Of a stretch of DNA of 64,000 nucleotides, positions 1 through 15,310 are shown piece after piece. How positions within the stretch are numbered: the first letter of the stretch is position 1; each line of letters opens with the position of its first letter. This DNA is from the human T2T-CHM13v2.0 reference genome, Homo sapiens: NCBI RefSeq assembly GCF_009914755.1, contig NC_060928.1; one strand, given 5' to 3'. Position numbers and translations under genes: made by a program. Under the pieces are notes generated by a model. That model saw only the letters and a list, made by a program, of their open reading frames with translations. It was not told the DNA's origin and searched no databases.

Positions 1-485
<485 letters not shown>

Positions 486-1249
486 TCAGAGGAAGAGATG
501 GTAATAAAGCCAGCTTAAAACTCCTGTGGTTTGATGGTTAAGAAAAAAATAAAGTCTCCATAAGGTTAGCATATACTGTTAGCCCTGTGAGGACTGCCAG
601 TGTTTGGTATAGGCATGTGTTACCCCTGAAGTATGCTTTCATTTCAGAACTTTCCAAACCCCTGAAGAGTGCTGTAATCCCCTGTAGAAAACAGATAAAT
701 TGAGGTATTCCAACAACACAGATGAAACCCAGAACCCTGGGGCCAATCAGCAGTGACATCACACCACATTCCAATGCTGGCCTCTCACTACAAGGAGCTC
801 ACACAGAAACCAGAGCTTTGTTTTCCTTCAGTAATCAGGGGTGAGAGAGTGTTGGATTTTTGTAGAAAAGTAATTACTGCAGGAAGATAATTACCTTCCC
901 TCAAACAGGCCTCCTCTGCCTGTCATAACCAGGAAAGCAAGGGGCCCCTTCTATGCATACCTGAAGGGTTCTTGTTTCACCAAATCCAACTCAATCATAC
1001 ACTAATGGGTGAAAATGTATCCAATATTTTTACAGTCTAGTGACAAAAGGGCTGTGCAATTCTCAAAGTAATAAACGCATTTGACGAAAACTATACCTTA
1101 AATACACACAGTTTTATTTGTCAATTATACTTCAATAAAGCTGGGGGAAAAGAGACAAAAAACTAAATTAAAAAAAGTTCTTAGTGGCACATTTTTATAA
1201 TTTAAGACAGATATCACTTCTGCTATCATTACTACCACCAGAATGGCAG

Positions 1250-1445
1250 CTGTCATTTACTGGAGGTTATGTTTAAGGCGTTGTTCTAACTATGCTATGA
1301 TCTTACTACTGGGATACTCATTTTGCAGATGAGAAACTTAAGCCACAGCAATGAGATATAACTTGCTCAGGGCCACATGATGAACAAATAGTAGAACAAA
1401 GATTCAAACCCTGTCAATCTATGAAGCCCTAGTCCTAAATCACTG
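1250..1445 (-). mobile_element. MIR (ancient SINE) relic
   Basis: Core motif CATTTTGCAGATGAGAAACTTAAGCC...AACTTGCTCAGGGCCACA...GATTCAAACCC. Confidence 0.7.
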
Positions 1446-3041
1446 TGATAGAAGCATTAATAACTTGTATTTTTCCTTGTAGGACAGGACCTAAATGTTA
1501 TTAACAGTATAAGCGTTCATGGTTAACACCAAATGTCTCTGGGGCACAGAGACACAGAGGTCCCTGTTTCACAGTCCACACTGGGAGAAATAGACAGTAT
1601 CAGGTTAGAGAGACTGTCAGGCGTCACACCCAACTGAACCCAAGAGGACATTTTGCTTGGATGAGAAAAAGAAAATTTATTGAAATTTTATAAGGTCACC
1701 AAAGTTTAATGTCCCCCAGAAGGGTGTTGGTATAACATGGCCAAGGTATCCCATCACAAAATAAAAATAAAATCCTGTATTTTATGGAAATGAAAAAAAA
1801 TTGCTAGCTGTCATCCAAACTCTTTGTGTACTTAAAGAGTGTCATTAATATTCCCAAACTGCCCTGTAAGGTCTCTTCTTCCAGCCAAACAAATGACCCT
1901 GAGTCCCCACACACTCAGGAGTTCTATTCGTAGATTCACTCAATAGACGCTTGCCAAGCGGCTACTACGTGCCATATCCGGTACTTGATACATTTCTGGG
2001 CCTCTAAGGACATTTATAACTGTGTGGATCTTGAGTTCCTGTTTACAAAAAATTGACACAATGATAAGTGAACTATTTCCAATTTGATCAGAACTGTCGC
2101 TCATTATAATCTTTTATTCCACCAACAGGGTGGTGGAGGGAAAACATGACAGTGAAGGGAAAGCAGAGGCCATAAACTCCACTGCACCTAAGGGCCCACA
2201 CGTAATACAAGAGAATGAAAGGGATTGATTCTGGGGTGGGCTGGGAGCACAGGCCCCTTCTAAGGGGCAACCATGATTCAACTCCCACCAGTTCCTACCA
2301 TTCCTTGCATTTTTCAAAAAGAAACACACAAACAAAATCCAGCTATTCATGTGAAGTCTCTATTGTTCAAGTTTGGGCTCCAAATGAAAGTTATCACAAA
2401 CACTGAGTAGGCCAAACAAAACAGGGCTCCAGAACAGCTAGGGCTTGCTGGTTATGAGCCTGCCATCCAGTTTCTTTTCTGAGGCGTAGAAGGATAGAGG
2501 CTGATTGAATTGGGAACATGCTGTTATGGACAGTTCTTTCAGGTTCCTTCCACGTCCACAAAAGAAGTAACTTTGTGAATTACTGGCAGAGCCGACTGAA
2601 TGCGGTGCTTACGTAACAGACCTGGTCGCAATCAGAATAGTGTCCTGCAAAGGCAAGGCACAGACAGAAGTGGCAATCCATGTGATCTTGACTCCCTTTG
2701 TGGAAGAAAGTGGGATTCCAGGCAGCCCTGCCTGCATATTGTTTCATATTACATAAACATAACTAATTGGTTATGACTGGTACAATGATTATAGCTGCAT
2801 TACCCGTGTGATTTTTTTAAAGCAGACATTAATCAAGAATGCTAATATAAGCAGCTACCAAGGTCACTCTTATTTTTCTTGTTTTTTTTCCCCCAAAGTG
2901 AGTTCTTGCTTTTAATTTCAGCTGCCATCATCACATCACATTATCCATTTGAACCCAATTCTGACCTGATGGAATCACCTAAGGAATAAACTTCCCCAGA
3001 CTCACTCACTTTGATGCCAAGCAAAAAACATTCTGAACCCT

Positions 3042-3337
<296 letters not shown>

Positions 3338-3559
3338 TCCTGAACTCTGACCTCTGAACCCTGACATGCTGACAAGCCGCAGCTCACTCAACATGAAAGG
3401 GAAGGAAGAGCCTCAGCATAAACCCTATCCTGCCAAGAACTTCAGCCACTAAATGGCACAGCTGTGTCACAATAAACAAAGAGAAATAAGCAGAATAAAT
3501 AGGTGGGGAGGGAATGTCGGAGCCTCTCGGTCCAGAATTAGTAGGCAATACACGCAGAC

Positions 3560-3780
3560 ATAAAGAACTCGGACTTCGACTCCAGATGGGCCTACATTTG
3601 AATTGTAATTTTTTCACCTAATAGTTTTGTGATGTCACATAAGTCAGTTCACCTCTCTAAGCCCAGTCTTCCTCATTTGTAAACTGGGTAGTAACACCTA
3701 CTTCACAGGATTGCTATGAGGTATAATGAGGGAAAGTACGCAAGGCATTTTATAGGCACTCAGTAAATGGCAGCTGTACT
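3560..3780 (+). mobile_element. MIR relic
   Basis: AAGTCAGTTCACCTCTCTAAGCCCAGTCTTCCTCATTTGTAAACTGGG...CTACTTCACAGGATTGCTATGAGG core. Confidence 0.75.
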
Positions 3781-4764
3781 TATTCTAAATGTTTTCATGT
3801 TTAATATTATTATGGTCAACTTATTTTTATATTATTTTTCATGTTTTCTATTTTTAATTTTATATTATTTTATATTTTTAACATAATAAACTTATGGCTT
3901 ATTCATACAAAAAAATTAGGGCTTATTTCTGAACTGTGAGATTATTTGGAATATACGTACAATTCCTGTCCAATACTCCCTTACTGCTCCTATTAAATGG
4001 CTATTGAAGGACTACTTTGCTGACCCACTCTCTCCAGACAAAATTTTCATTACAGATTCACATTTTCAATGAATAGCATGCTGGATATTTACAGTTTTCA
4101 TTTTCATTTCTTCTATTGCAAGGTATGTTTCTGTCCCCCCATTTCCACCCTATCCTAGCCTGATAGCTAGACACGAATTATTTTCTGCAGAAACAGAAAG
4201 CAAGATTTGCAAACACTTGAACATTAAGTTTAAACAACATTAGTCTAAGCAAAGGGCAAAAAGATTAGGCTGTGTACATATAGAGCTTTCTCACTCCCAG
4301 GCTAGGTTTTTAAATGTTTCCGGTTTGGCTAAGGAAATGGGAAGAGAGAGGGAATGCATGAATAGGTGACTGTGAGACCATGGAAACCAACAGTGGGGAC
4401 TGTCCAGTGCCAGAGACAGCTGAGGGAGCAGCCAAACCAGTGCCCTAAGGGTTACCTTGCTGCTAACATGAGATGGGGGTGGGGGGGGGCACTGACAAAC
4501 ATTCCTAGCAAGGTGCCAGTTGTGTGCCTATAAGAGGTGATGCTCGTTGATGCCCAAAATGCTACTAAAACCCAAAACCTCAACTGATCCCCTCCAAGTA
4601 CACAACTCTCACCCCACTCATTGACCTAGGACCTTAATTGCTCCAGAAGAAAGGGCAAGGCCCTGGGTAGCTCAAGTGAGATGATGTCTCAAAGGAAAGT
4701 CATTCCTCATGCTTGATCAAGGGAGCTCCAGACAGAACACACTGCTCCAGTTCCACACAGATCT

Positions 4765-4890
4765 TCAGACAGGCCTCCTCAGCTTTCTGATTCAGTAGGT
4801 CTAGGGTAGGACCTGTAAGCTGTATTTTTAACAACCGTCTCAGGTGATTCTGGCTTGCAGAATGGTGCTTGGAAACCACTCCATCTAGAG
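4765..4890. mobile_element. MER5A-like hAT MITE fragment
   Basis: TTTCTGATTCAGTAGGTCTAGGGTAGGACCTG...TATTTTTAACAA...CAGGTGATTCTG motif. Confidence 0.6.
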
Positions 4891-7271
4891 GAGAATTAAA
4901 ATGGATTTTCATAGGTACCTCTGTGGTAACAACAGTCCCATACTAGGAAGCAAGAGTCCAAAGGCTTTGTGTACTCTAGTGATGAGTCCATAGAAATAGA
5001 ATATTTGGGGGTCAGGGCTTTGTCCTATTAGAGGGTCCAATATATTGCTTTCCTGCTTTAGACTATGAGACCAGTGAGCTAGGACATCCCACAGGGTGGT
5101 TTGGTGCTATATCTGGTCATTTTTGGTGTAAAATAAATATTAATTCCTATCAGTGCTGTTTGGCATGCTAGGAACACAGGACCAAGTATTTGACAAACAG
5201 ACACCAAATCTTCCACTTATATAGGCAAATTAATAGTGTCTGATAACCAAACTTCACATGTTTGGGCCAGAGAAAGCTGAGGATCAAACTATAAAATTTT
5301 CTTCTGAGAAAAGAAGCATAGAAAGTAAGTTCATCTTAACTATGCATAGGTTAAGTGTCCTTCTCTTGTGAAGCTATTATTAAAGAAAATCAGTTCCAAA
5401 TATGTAGGTGTGAAAGAAAAATAGGAGACTCAATTCTAGATGAACAAAGTGGTTTGGGGGAAGAATAACTAGACTCGCTGTCAAGAAGATGATATATTAT
5501 TACAATATTTGGCTTATCGGGATTAGAGAAGAAAGTCCATGATAGTGTAAGCAAAGTTTTATAAAGAAAGAATATTTTTCTAGAAAATATTGGTCATTAT
5601 CAAATACTTCCCTCATTAGCTAACATCCTAGAACCAGGTCTAGACCCCAAAGGATCAGCTATAAATCTAGCCTCCATTGAGTTTAAACCAAATCAGAAGA
5701 GAAAAGTGAAGAGCATCATAAAAATGTCAAAACTCTTTGTTCATTCCTTCATTCAGCACCACCATTTTCAGATGGGAGCTAGAAATGCAAAGGTGGAGAA
5801 CACAGTCACTGCTCTCAAGGAACTTAATTAATAGAAGAGAGAACAAACAACAATAATAACTATATTCTGCAATCCCTGAGATAGGTACTATTATATCCCC
5901 ATTTTAGACATGGAGTAACGGAGGTAAAGAGAGATTAAGTGATTTGCCCAAGATCACCCCGGGAGAAGGAACACATGTGGATAAATTTCAACCCTGTGTG
6001 GCAATACAAATATAAGTCCCTAGGATCCTCACAAATCAATACTGAGGCACAGGGGTCATTCTGAGCTAGGATGATTAGGGAAGGAATAAGAAAGGCAGTG
6101 ACATATGAGTTCCATCTTAAAGAATGAGTGGGAGTTTTATAGGTAAGAATGGGGAACAGGGAATGTATTTTAGGCATAGGAAATGGTATTAAAATATAGT
6201 ACAGTTGGGGAAAATAACTTATGATAGAGATGGTCTAAAATTATTTAAATCCTGAGGAGAGAATACAGAAGGGATCTTCTTCTTCCAGCATATTATAACA
6301 CGTCAGATGAGATCATTTCGGTTATAATATTATAAGAGTAACATTTTATTTATCTTGATCTAAAGCCTTTTTCATTCTTATTCTCTTTTACTAGCATTTT
6401 GAAATTTTCCCGTTTATCACAGTCAACAAAAATTTATCAGATATTCTCCTGCATGTAGGCAAAAAAGCAGCAAGTGCTCAGACAAGCCAGTCAGCTTCCT
6501 GCTGTTGAGTAGCTAACCTCAGAAGATGGGACACACGCTCATGTTTCTGTCAATGGGCACACATGCCTGACGGCAGGGCCCAGGTTATATACATGCAGGG
6601 AAACAGATACCTGGGGCTAGGAGCAAACACACTCCTGCCACTTCATATTAAACATTATATATTCTTAGTTTCTCCGTTATGATGAAAGACTACCCAATAG
6701 GATGCTGTAACTTAGAACTGCCAATTTCATGTCTGACTGGCAGGGTTTAGGGCCTGATCACTAAAGGGAGGGGGTAGATATGGGGTAAATAGAAGTTGTT
6801 TTAGAAAATGTTTCAGGAGTGATGGTTCCATCCAGGTTGGGAAGAGTATGGGAGAGCATCCAGAAAGGACTACAGAAGCTGGCTGAGGACAGATTTGTCA
6901 AGGAACATTTGCAAAGAGGCTGCAGCTGGATACTACCAACAGGCACTTCTCCCATGAAGGACAAAGGGAAGCGGACCATGCTGAGGGAGTTCAAGGGAAA
7001 ACCAGAGAGTTGAAGTTGAGCTAAAACTAATATGAAGTTTCGCTAAAACTAAGGGATATCTGTGGCATTAATGAGAGACACTTTCCCCTTAAAAGTAAGC
7101 TCCATGGCAACACACACCTTGCCTACTCTACTATTGACCCTTTGCCAGTACTACCTTAGATGCACAGTTGTTCTTCCATAATAATCGGTTGAAAGGAGAG
7201 GAGAGAAAGAAGATGAAAGAACAGACACTTTTGCCACTTTAAAATGGCAGATTGCGTTAAGTTACATCACA

Positions 7272-7562
7272 TTGTTTTTTGTTTGTTTTGAGACAGAGTC
7301 TTGCTCTCTGGAAGTGCAGTGGCGTGATCTCGGCTCACTGCAAACTCCGCCTCCTGGATTCAAGTAATTCTCCTGCCTCAGCTTCCTGAGTGGCTGGGAT
7401 TACAGGCATGTGCCACCATGCCCAGCTAATTTTTGTATTTTTAGTAGAGACAGGGTTTTGCCATGTTGGCCAGGCTGGCCTCCAACTCCTGGCTTTAAGT
7501 GATCTGCCCGCCTCAGCCTTCCAAAGTGCTGGGATTACAAGTGTGAGCCACCACGCCCATCC
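7272..7562 (-). mobile_element. AluS
   Basis: Reverse-complement Alu: T-rich tail, GAGACAGAGTCTTGCTCT...GTGAGCCACCACGCCC. Confidence 0.92.
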
Positions 7563-8304
7563 TCACACCGGTTTTTAAATGATGGTGTACACATGGAATT
7601 TACCTTCCTTCTTAAAACTGGTACCTTGCAGGTCCCTCACACGTGGGACAAATAATTTGCCCACTTAACTACAGAGTACAAGTTGTGTGGGTGAGCCACA
7701 CCTGCAGGGAAAGCAGGATTCCCGAGAACCACCGTCTCGGCAGAGAGCTCTCCTCTTTCTCCCTGAGTTCCTCCCAAAAAGTTATTTGGCCTGTTTCATT
7801 CCTATCATAATCAGGTTGGAAAAAAAAACCTTCAGAGAACCAGAGGATTAAAAGATGGGTTTAAATAAAAAATTTTGCATTCTATGTGTTGGCTGAATGG
7901 AGTGCTCAGTACCTGACCGGAAAACAAGATGTGGGGACAAAAGGAAAGAAGAGAAAAGCAATAAAGAAGAAAAAAACCTGAAGAAGTAGAGAAAGAAACA
8001 GCTAATTTAACCCAAAACTTCAGAATTTAAAAATCTGGTCATGTAAAAATATTAAAACACAAAGCAACATTTCCACTAACAGCTGATGTGATTTGTTTTC
8101 ATTTCATGAAATATTTTCTTCACTATATTTCAAACAATGGGATTTAAAAACTCTCATCCAAAACTCATGGTTTCCTTTGATGTTCCAATTCCTTCTTCAA
8201 CCAAACTTTCTATTCTCCAAAGCTAAGTTCATCTGGTAAACTTGCAACATATTTGCCCTGTTGCACAGCATCAGAGGAAACTCTGAAATGCAATCAGCTT
8301 CTTT

Positions 8305-8700
8305 CTTATTCCTTTATTCATGCAATAAATATTTATTAAGAGTCTTCTATGTGCGCACCCCCCACCCCAACCCCCAGCACAACTGGTGCTTGAGATACAA
8401 CGTTGAGCAAAACTCACAGAGTTTATGATCCTGGAGGGAAGGCAGACACTAATCAAAGTAACACACAAATAGGTAATAAACTTTGTTCACTTTACGACAC
8501 ACAATGGGGTTGTGAGGCATTGAGCTGGTCTGGAGGTTCAGAGAAGGCTGATCTCAGGAGTTGTCTGAGCTGAGCTCGGAAACGGTTAGCTGGGCTGGGC
8601 TGGGAATCAGTTGCAGAGAACTGCTCTTGCAAGCACTTAGTATCTCAGGCAGTATAATATATTTAAGGAACTGCAAGGCCTGTGTCTGGGACAGAGGGAA
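8305..8700 (-). mobile_element. L2 3' fragment
   Basis: TTATTCATGCAATAAATATTTATTAAGAG...CTATGTG matches the reverse-complement L2 tail, followed by degenerate L2 body. Confidence 0.6.
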
Positions 8701-10160
8701 TGAAAGAAAAAAATGGCCTCCAGACTAAGAAACTGGCCATGGAAAAATGACCTTCTGCTGCTCTGAAAAGTCCAATGTGGAGGAGTGTGTCACTTTGGTC
8801 CAGACAGAGAGGACACGGTGGGTGTAGCACACTATTTGGTAACCATTTCTAGCTCCTCTCTACTCTGGAGAGTAATAACCCAGTTTTTTGTTTTTTTTTT
8901 TTTTTAGCCCAATCATGTGCATTTTTGCTATTCTGTTATTTTAAGCAAAATACTGATTTTTTTCACTATCAAATTGCAGAACAAGGGCCATGTCCTAAAA
9001 AAAAAAAAAAAAAAGCCAATAAAAAATCTAATATATGCATGTTCCCAGAATTGTTTTCATTTGTTGAATCTGACATTAAAATAAATTTAGACATAAATTG
9101 GCTCAAGAAAAAACGTAAAGATAATACTAAGGAAGTAATTAAGAATTTGATATTTTGATTTTTACGTGCACATACGCCATCAAAAAATTCCAACAAATAT
9201 ATCCTGATGGCTTTTGTTCTGTTCTAAATTCTGTATATAGCTGACCTGATGTGTAACAGCTTCAACACTTCCATTCTAATATCTGGAAGGGCTGCTGCTC
9301 TGAAATGCTATAATCACCTCAAAGTCAAAAGCCATTAAATGTTCATCTCTAAAATTAAAGGCATGTACTCATCTCAAATGATGTCATTTGTCTGGGCTTC
9401 TGCGTTTCCGAGGAGAACAACTTGAAGTAATCAAGAATATAATGTGCAGCCTCCCAAGGTGACCAGTTATAAGATATAGTATGTGCATGTTTTCTGATTT
9501 CTCTCGGAGAGCTGTAAGGTTCGGAGGGGAGGAGGGGTGAAGGGGAATGGTAAGCAAGAGATTAAAGTTTAAAAAAATAATAAAGATACATTTACAGAAT
9601 AAATTGGTGCCTTGAAATATGTTTCTGGGAACAAAATTTAAAGCATCCTACATTTTTAAAATATATGAAAATATGTGCTTCACTTGTTATCCATGGAAGA
9701 GATGACCAAAATACTATGAACTATAACTACAGTGTTATTGTTTATGTGGTGCACTGTTTCTATGATTTCACAGAAGGGCTGTGCATTCCCAGTTAGCATG
9801 TATCCAATCACATTTTAACTATGAAGAAAACTTTCTTGGCCAAAGATTGAATTCTTTGCAAGGTGGTGATTTGTATGGAAAAGAACCCCCAAATTGTACA
9901 TCACTATGTGAGAAGAACAGTACAGATTTGTTTTTCTTAACTACCACAACACAAATAAGGAAATAAAGAGTTTAGTCATTTTACAGTATAATTTGGCTTT
10001 AAAAAAGCTTCAAAAATTAAAACTCTAAAGCATTTTGCATGTTGGGAAATGTAAGTTGCTAATGAACACTGCACCTCATCAGTTTCCTCTGCCAGTTGGC
10101 TTTCTGTCAGGTTGGCAACAACTCAAGAGCCAGACAGGAAAGTTCAGGCGTGTATCTTGG

Positions 10161-10163
<3 letters not shown>

Positions 10164-10191
<28 letters not shown>

Positions 10192-10198
10192 ACAAAAC
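10164..10198 (+). repeat. (AAAAC)7 pentanucleotide microsatellite
   Basis: Read directly from the sequence. Confidence 0.95.
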
Positions 10199-13100
10199 GA
10201 ACAGAAAAAAATAGAGAAAGGGGCTTCATTTTGTAAACACTTCAATGAAAATTAATACTCCACTTGGGACCAATTCAGTCCAGGTGCTAAAGACAGAATA
10301 AACAAGCAACACATGAAGGCCTAAAAAGTCAGGCTTCTGTGGGAATTATATTATTGTTTACATTTAAAACTAAATTTTAAAATATGAATCAATATCAGCA
10401 TGGTTGCACACATACATTCTCCTTCTGGCTTTAAAAATGTTAATCTTCCATTCTCACATCATAAAATAATGTAAGTCAAAGCCTAGAGCCTGTTGCATCT
10501 CTTTCAATATTTTTTTGCTGCAATTTTAGGCTGAAATGGTTGTACCTAAATGTTTTTCCTCCCATTCAAGATCCTAATGAACCTCATTTTGAAATTAGAG
10601 GATCCTTTTTACATTCTGATTAAGGATAAATTTTCTTTTATGCAATAATGTCTCCTAGAATGTGGGACATAAATTCAGCACCAACATTGTCAACAACTTC
10701 CTTTCCAATGTTAGTTTTAATATTTTTATGTTGACAGTATATCCATGCCTTCTTTATTCTAGGCACTGGTGGCCTTAATACACCAACTGCAAAACACATG
10801 CAAAACAAAACCCCACCTGATACCTTCACCTGGAAAGCATATATGGGATCAGGCTTTCTATTTACCAAATACATATTAAAATACTAACAGTGGTTTTCTC
10901 TGGGTAGTGGGTTTATAAATTAGTTTACATTTTATTCTGTGTTTATTAAAGAGCAAAAGATCACACTGAAAATCCTGACTTCACCACTATACAATATATC
11001 CATGTAACAAAATTAGACTTGTGTCCCATAAATTTATAAAAATTTTTAAAAATAACTATAACATCTTTCAAGTATTCTAAAATAAAAAAGTATGACTTCT
11101 GTAATAAGGAAAAATCCAATTATAAATAATCCATCATAAAGGAAATTATAAACATAAAGAGAGATGTTTTTAAGACACTGTTTTTAGGTTTTTAAGACAC
11201 TAGAGGAAATTCCATACAATTATTGTTAGGCATACAAAAAATCTTCAAGTAATTGTTTAGATGTCAGTGACATTTTCATCTCTTTATAAGTAAAATATCA
11301 AACTCACTGTGAGAGAAGACAAGATACCTCTATTTTTAAAATACAGAGATATAAACCTGGTTCTTTAATGAATGCTCTTATGGTAGACGTATCTAGTTTT
11401 TGTACATTGGTATCCCTTCCTTTGTGGAATCACTCCAACTGTCAATCTAAGTGGCAGTTGTGGGACTGCCAATTGCAGTGCTACCCCACTGACCATTTCT
11501 TCAAATCCCTTCCCCCATCTCCCCTCTCCCTCTACACACACACAGTTATGGCCACACGACTTTGGTTTGGCCAAAGGGTATCCCATCCCCCTGGCAAGTG
11601 ACTGAAGGTCAGTCAGCTTCCTTTCCTGGGACTGATCTACAACCTCTGGAAGAAAAAACCCTCTTTTTTCGTGGGTTGCTATTCTAGAATGACATAAACC
11701 AAAAGTGGTTGGGGGTGATGAGGGGTTATACAGAGGCAGTTGTGATAGGAAAGGATGAGGTCGATAACTAAAAGGAAGAAAATGCATAGAACACTAACTA
11801 AAAATGCAGAGAATATAACTAAAAGGAAGAAGATGCAGAGAACACTGATCATGCTGTTGGGCGCCTGCCCCAACTCTCCTAAATATAGCTCTATCTCTGG
11901 CAAATATCTCTATCTACACGCAAATATAAAAGGCAAACACCAACCAGAAAAACATATTAGCAAAATATATGACTAAGAATTAATAACTGTAATGATCCAA
12001 GTGCTCTGATTTTAAATCATTAAGCATAAAATGAATGATTCAGCAGAAAAAAAGGAAAAAGGCAGTACCAACAAAATGAAATTTATATGTGGGCTCTACT
12101 TTGTTCTTTATGATTACAAATTTTCGACAATGAGAATTTATTACTGTAATAATAGATAAAAAAGCTTAAAGGCATTAAAATATAAAATTATATTTAAGAA
12201 TGTTGCCTGGGATCAGTATGCAGGATGAATCGGTGGGTATGCAACGAGTCAGAGATGTCAGATAGAAGGCCATGGGCCAATGGGTATCTGAGATAAAGAG
12301 GCATCTTTAGAGAGATCTGAACAGTGTATCAAAGGAAATAGAAATGGGCTGCAGGGAGGTGCTGCCTACCATGGGGGCGAAGGTGAGTCAATGACTCCAT
12401 TGCTTCCCTCCTGAGATAATGGTGTGACCCTGAAAAAGACAGATAGTACTGAGGAAGAGCTGATTTGGAAGTGGATGAGGGAGTATATTGATTCAGATAA
12501 AAATAAAAAGCATATGAAGCTAGAACCATAGAATGGCAGAGAAAGAAGAGATCTTAGATTTGTCTAAAACAAGATTCTCATTTTATGATGAGTATACTGA
12601 GTCTGCAGCAAGCTAAGTGACTTGCAGGTTACACAACTGTGGGCATACTTAGGAGTGAAAATTCGGCCTCCTCCCCGCTGTGCTCTTTTCCACCACATCA
12701 CATGATCTCTCCAATTTGATCCATAGCTTTGTGTTCAAGAAAACTACTCTTGTGTTCCATGCATTCCATCTCTTCTCTTTCATGATTGAGAAATATGTAT
12801 TGTATCTAATGTAGAGTTAACAAGAGTCAGTAATAGCTAATCTCTTAAACAATTCATTGAATAATTACAAACACAATTATTACTGCCAGCATTGTCATAA
12901 AAATTGGTGATATGGACAGTATGTGTCATGCATTTGTACACATATAAATATTAGTAGAAGAAGATTCATTCCAGTGTCTCAGATAAGAATAATCATTTTT
13001 GTGATGTGGCATGGAAAAATTAAGTACTGGAGAAAGTAATTTGTAGTGATCCTTTAATATGTTAGCAAATTACTTAACTAGTTAGCTACCTCAATAGGAA

Positions 13101-13986
13101 GCTCTAAGTATCTTTCTACATAGCTTGTGATATATTTTAAATATGTATTAAACATCTTAAACTTCACTGATACAGTGTTTAGTAATATGTGCTATGGGTA
13201 ACTATTTTAATATGTTGGATAGTAAAACTAAATATAACGGTTCCAACATTTCTCCTGGGAGTGATTTTGGCAGACATATGTTCTTCGTCAGAGTTTCCAG
13301 CAGAAATCTTAGAAATCAAGAGAAAAAATAGACCCTATTATACCAAACAACGTTGCAAACCACAATAGAAAACAAGTATTTAAAGCTGTTTTTTGTTTTC
13401 TTTTGTTTTGTTTTGGCAGCCCTGAAATAACAAATCTGAAACACTAGAAATGAAGATGTATTCTGTAATGGAAAAGTCTAATGCTGGCATGGCACAATAA
13501 ATGAGAATATTTAAATTAGAAACAAGAGATTAGTCAAAATCCTTTCTGAAATGAGTGTTCCCCCTACACCCTGAAGTTTTCCTTTAGCTGAGTGGGTGGA
13601 TTTGACAGTCATTGTTTTGTACACTTTCACTTACTGTAATGAGTTAAAATTTTCATTCAAGTGTGGGTGACATGAAAGCTGGTGATGGACGTGTAGAATC
13701 AGTCTTCCAGTTGCCATAGCAACATCCTTGTCACCACCAAGCCAGCAGGTATGCTCAAGGTTTAAGGGACAATTTTTCAAGGAAAAGATTTTCAAAATCC
13801 TGAAAACTGTCTTTCAACTGGAATACTGTCCTGAGGAGCAGAAATATGCAGGTATACATATCCTGAAATTTGATGAATTACTGAGGAAAAACTGTGGGAT
13901 GAGAGAAGAATGCAGAGGTGATAATAAGGGAAGCATAAGAGGAAAAATTCTTATTAGCTCCTTGTCTTTTACAATTCTCTGTTTGA

Positions 13987-14323
<337 letters not shown>

Positions 14324-14818
14324 TCACTTTCTACAAGGCTGGAGAAAATTACTTGGCTAAGTATGAAAAATGCTTTGTTTGAAAGACATAACTTCTCAAA
14401 CATAATAAACAAAACGTCCATGCCTTGTGCTAATGGAGATGAAAGCTTTTATAATTAAGTGGTAGCCATGAAGAACAATAATAATTTTATATGGTCTACA
14501 TTAGACCCAGACTTTTCCAAAGAAGAGAGATAACATAAACAAATCATTGCAAATAGATTTTTACTACTGGTTGTAGAATGTGGTCTTGTTTTACTATGGA
14601 TAAGAATACATACATGGTTTCCTTTGGAAACTAGAGCTAAAGACATTAACATGAGCTGCCTTCCACAACCCAAGGAAAAACAAATCCTCAACTCCTTCCT
14701 CATTCACAGTTGATAAGACTCTGCTCTGTTAGATTTCTAGTGGGGAATGTAAGAGAACCCCAATTGAAAGCTCACTAGACTATGCCTACCTTCCCAATGT
14801 CTTTAAGAACACTGCTTT

Positions 14819-15310
14819 CCATTTGTCTGTCAATGAACATTTAGGTTGTTTCCATAGCTTGACAATTATGAATAGTGCTTCAGGGAATACCAGAATGCCA
14901 ATATCTCTTTGAAAAAATGGACTATTCATTCAACCTTAAAAAAGAAGAAAATTCTGTAATATGTGACAACATGGATGAACCTTGAGGACATTACAGTAAG
15001 TGAAATATGCCAGTTACAGACGGGCACATACTGTGTGATTCCATTTATATGAGGTATAGGTAAATTCATAGAATCAAAGAGTGAAATGATGGTTACCCAG
15101 GGCTGGGGTGAGGGGAACTGGGGAGTTGCTTGCTAATCAATGGGCATAAAGTTTCAGGTATGTAAGGTGAAAGAGTAGAACTTATTCTACTTATTCTGCT
15201 GTGCAACATGGTGCCTATGGTTAACAATACCGTATTGTACACTTCAAAACTTAAGAGGGTAGATCTCATGTTAAGTGTTCTTATCACAATAAAATAAAAT
15301 TTAAAAAAAA
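14819..15310 (+). mobile_element. Old L1 (L1MA/MB-like) 3' end with 5' inversion
   Basis: About 14819-14912 is antisense L1 ORF2-end sequence; ~14913-15310 is a sense L1M 3'UTR ending AATAAAATAAAA..A-tail. Degenerate TSD AAGAACACTGCTTT (14805-14818) / AAAAACAGTGCTTT (15308-15321). Confidence 0.8.

Noticed and set aside
3444-3462. CTCF-like motif GCCACTAAATGGCAC
   Set aside because: It mismatches a core position (AG to AA), and a single weak match in 64 kb is expected by chance without ChIP data.
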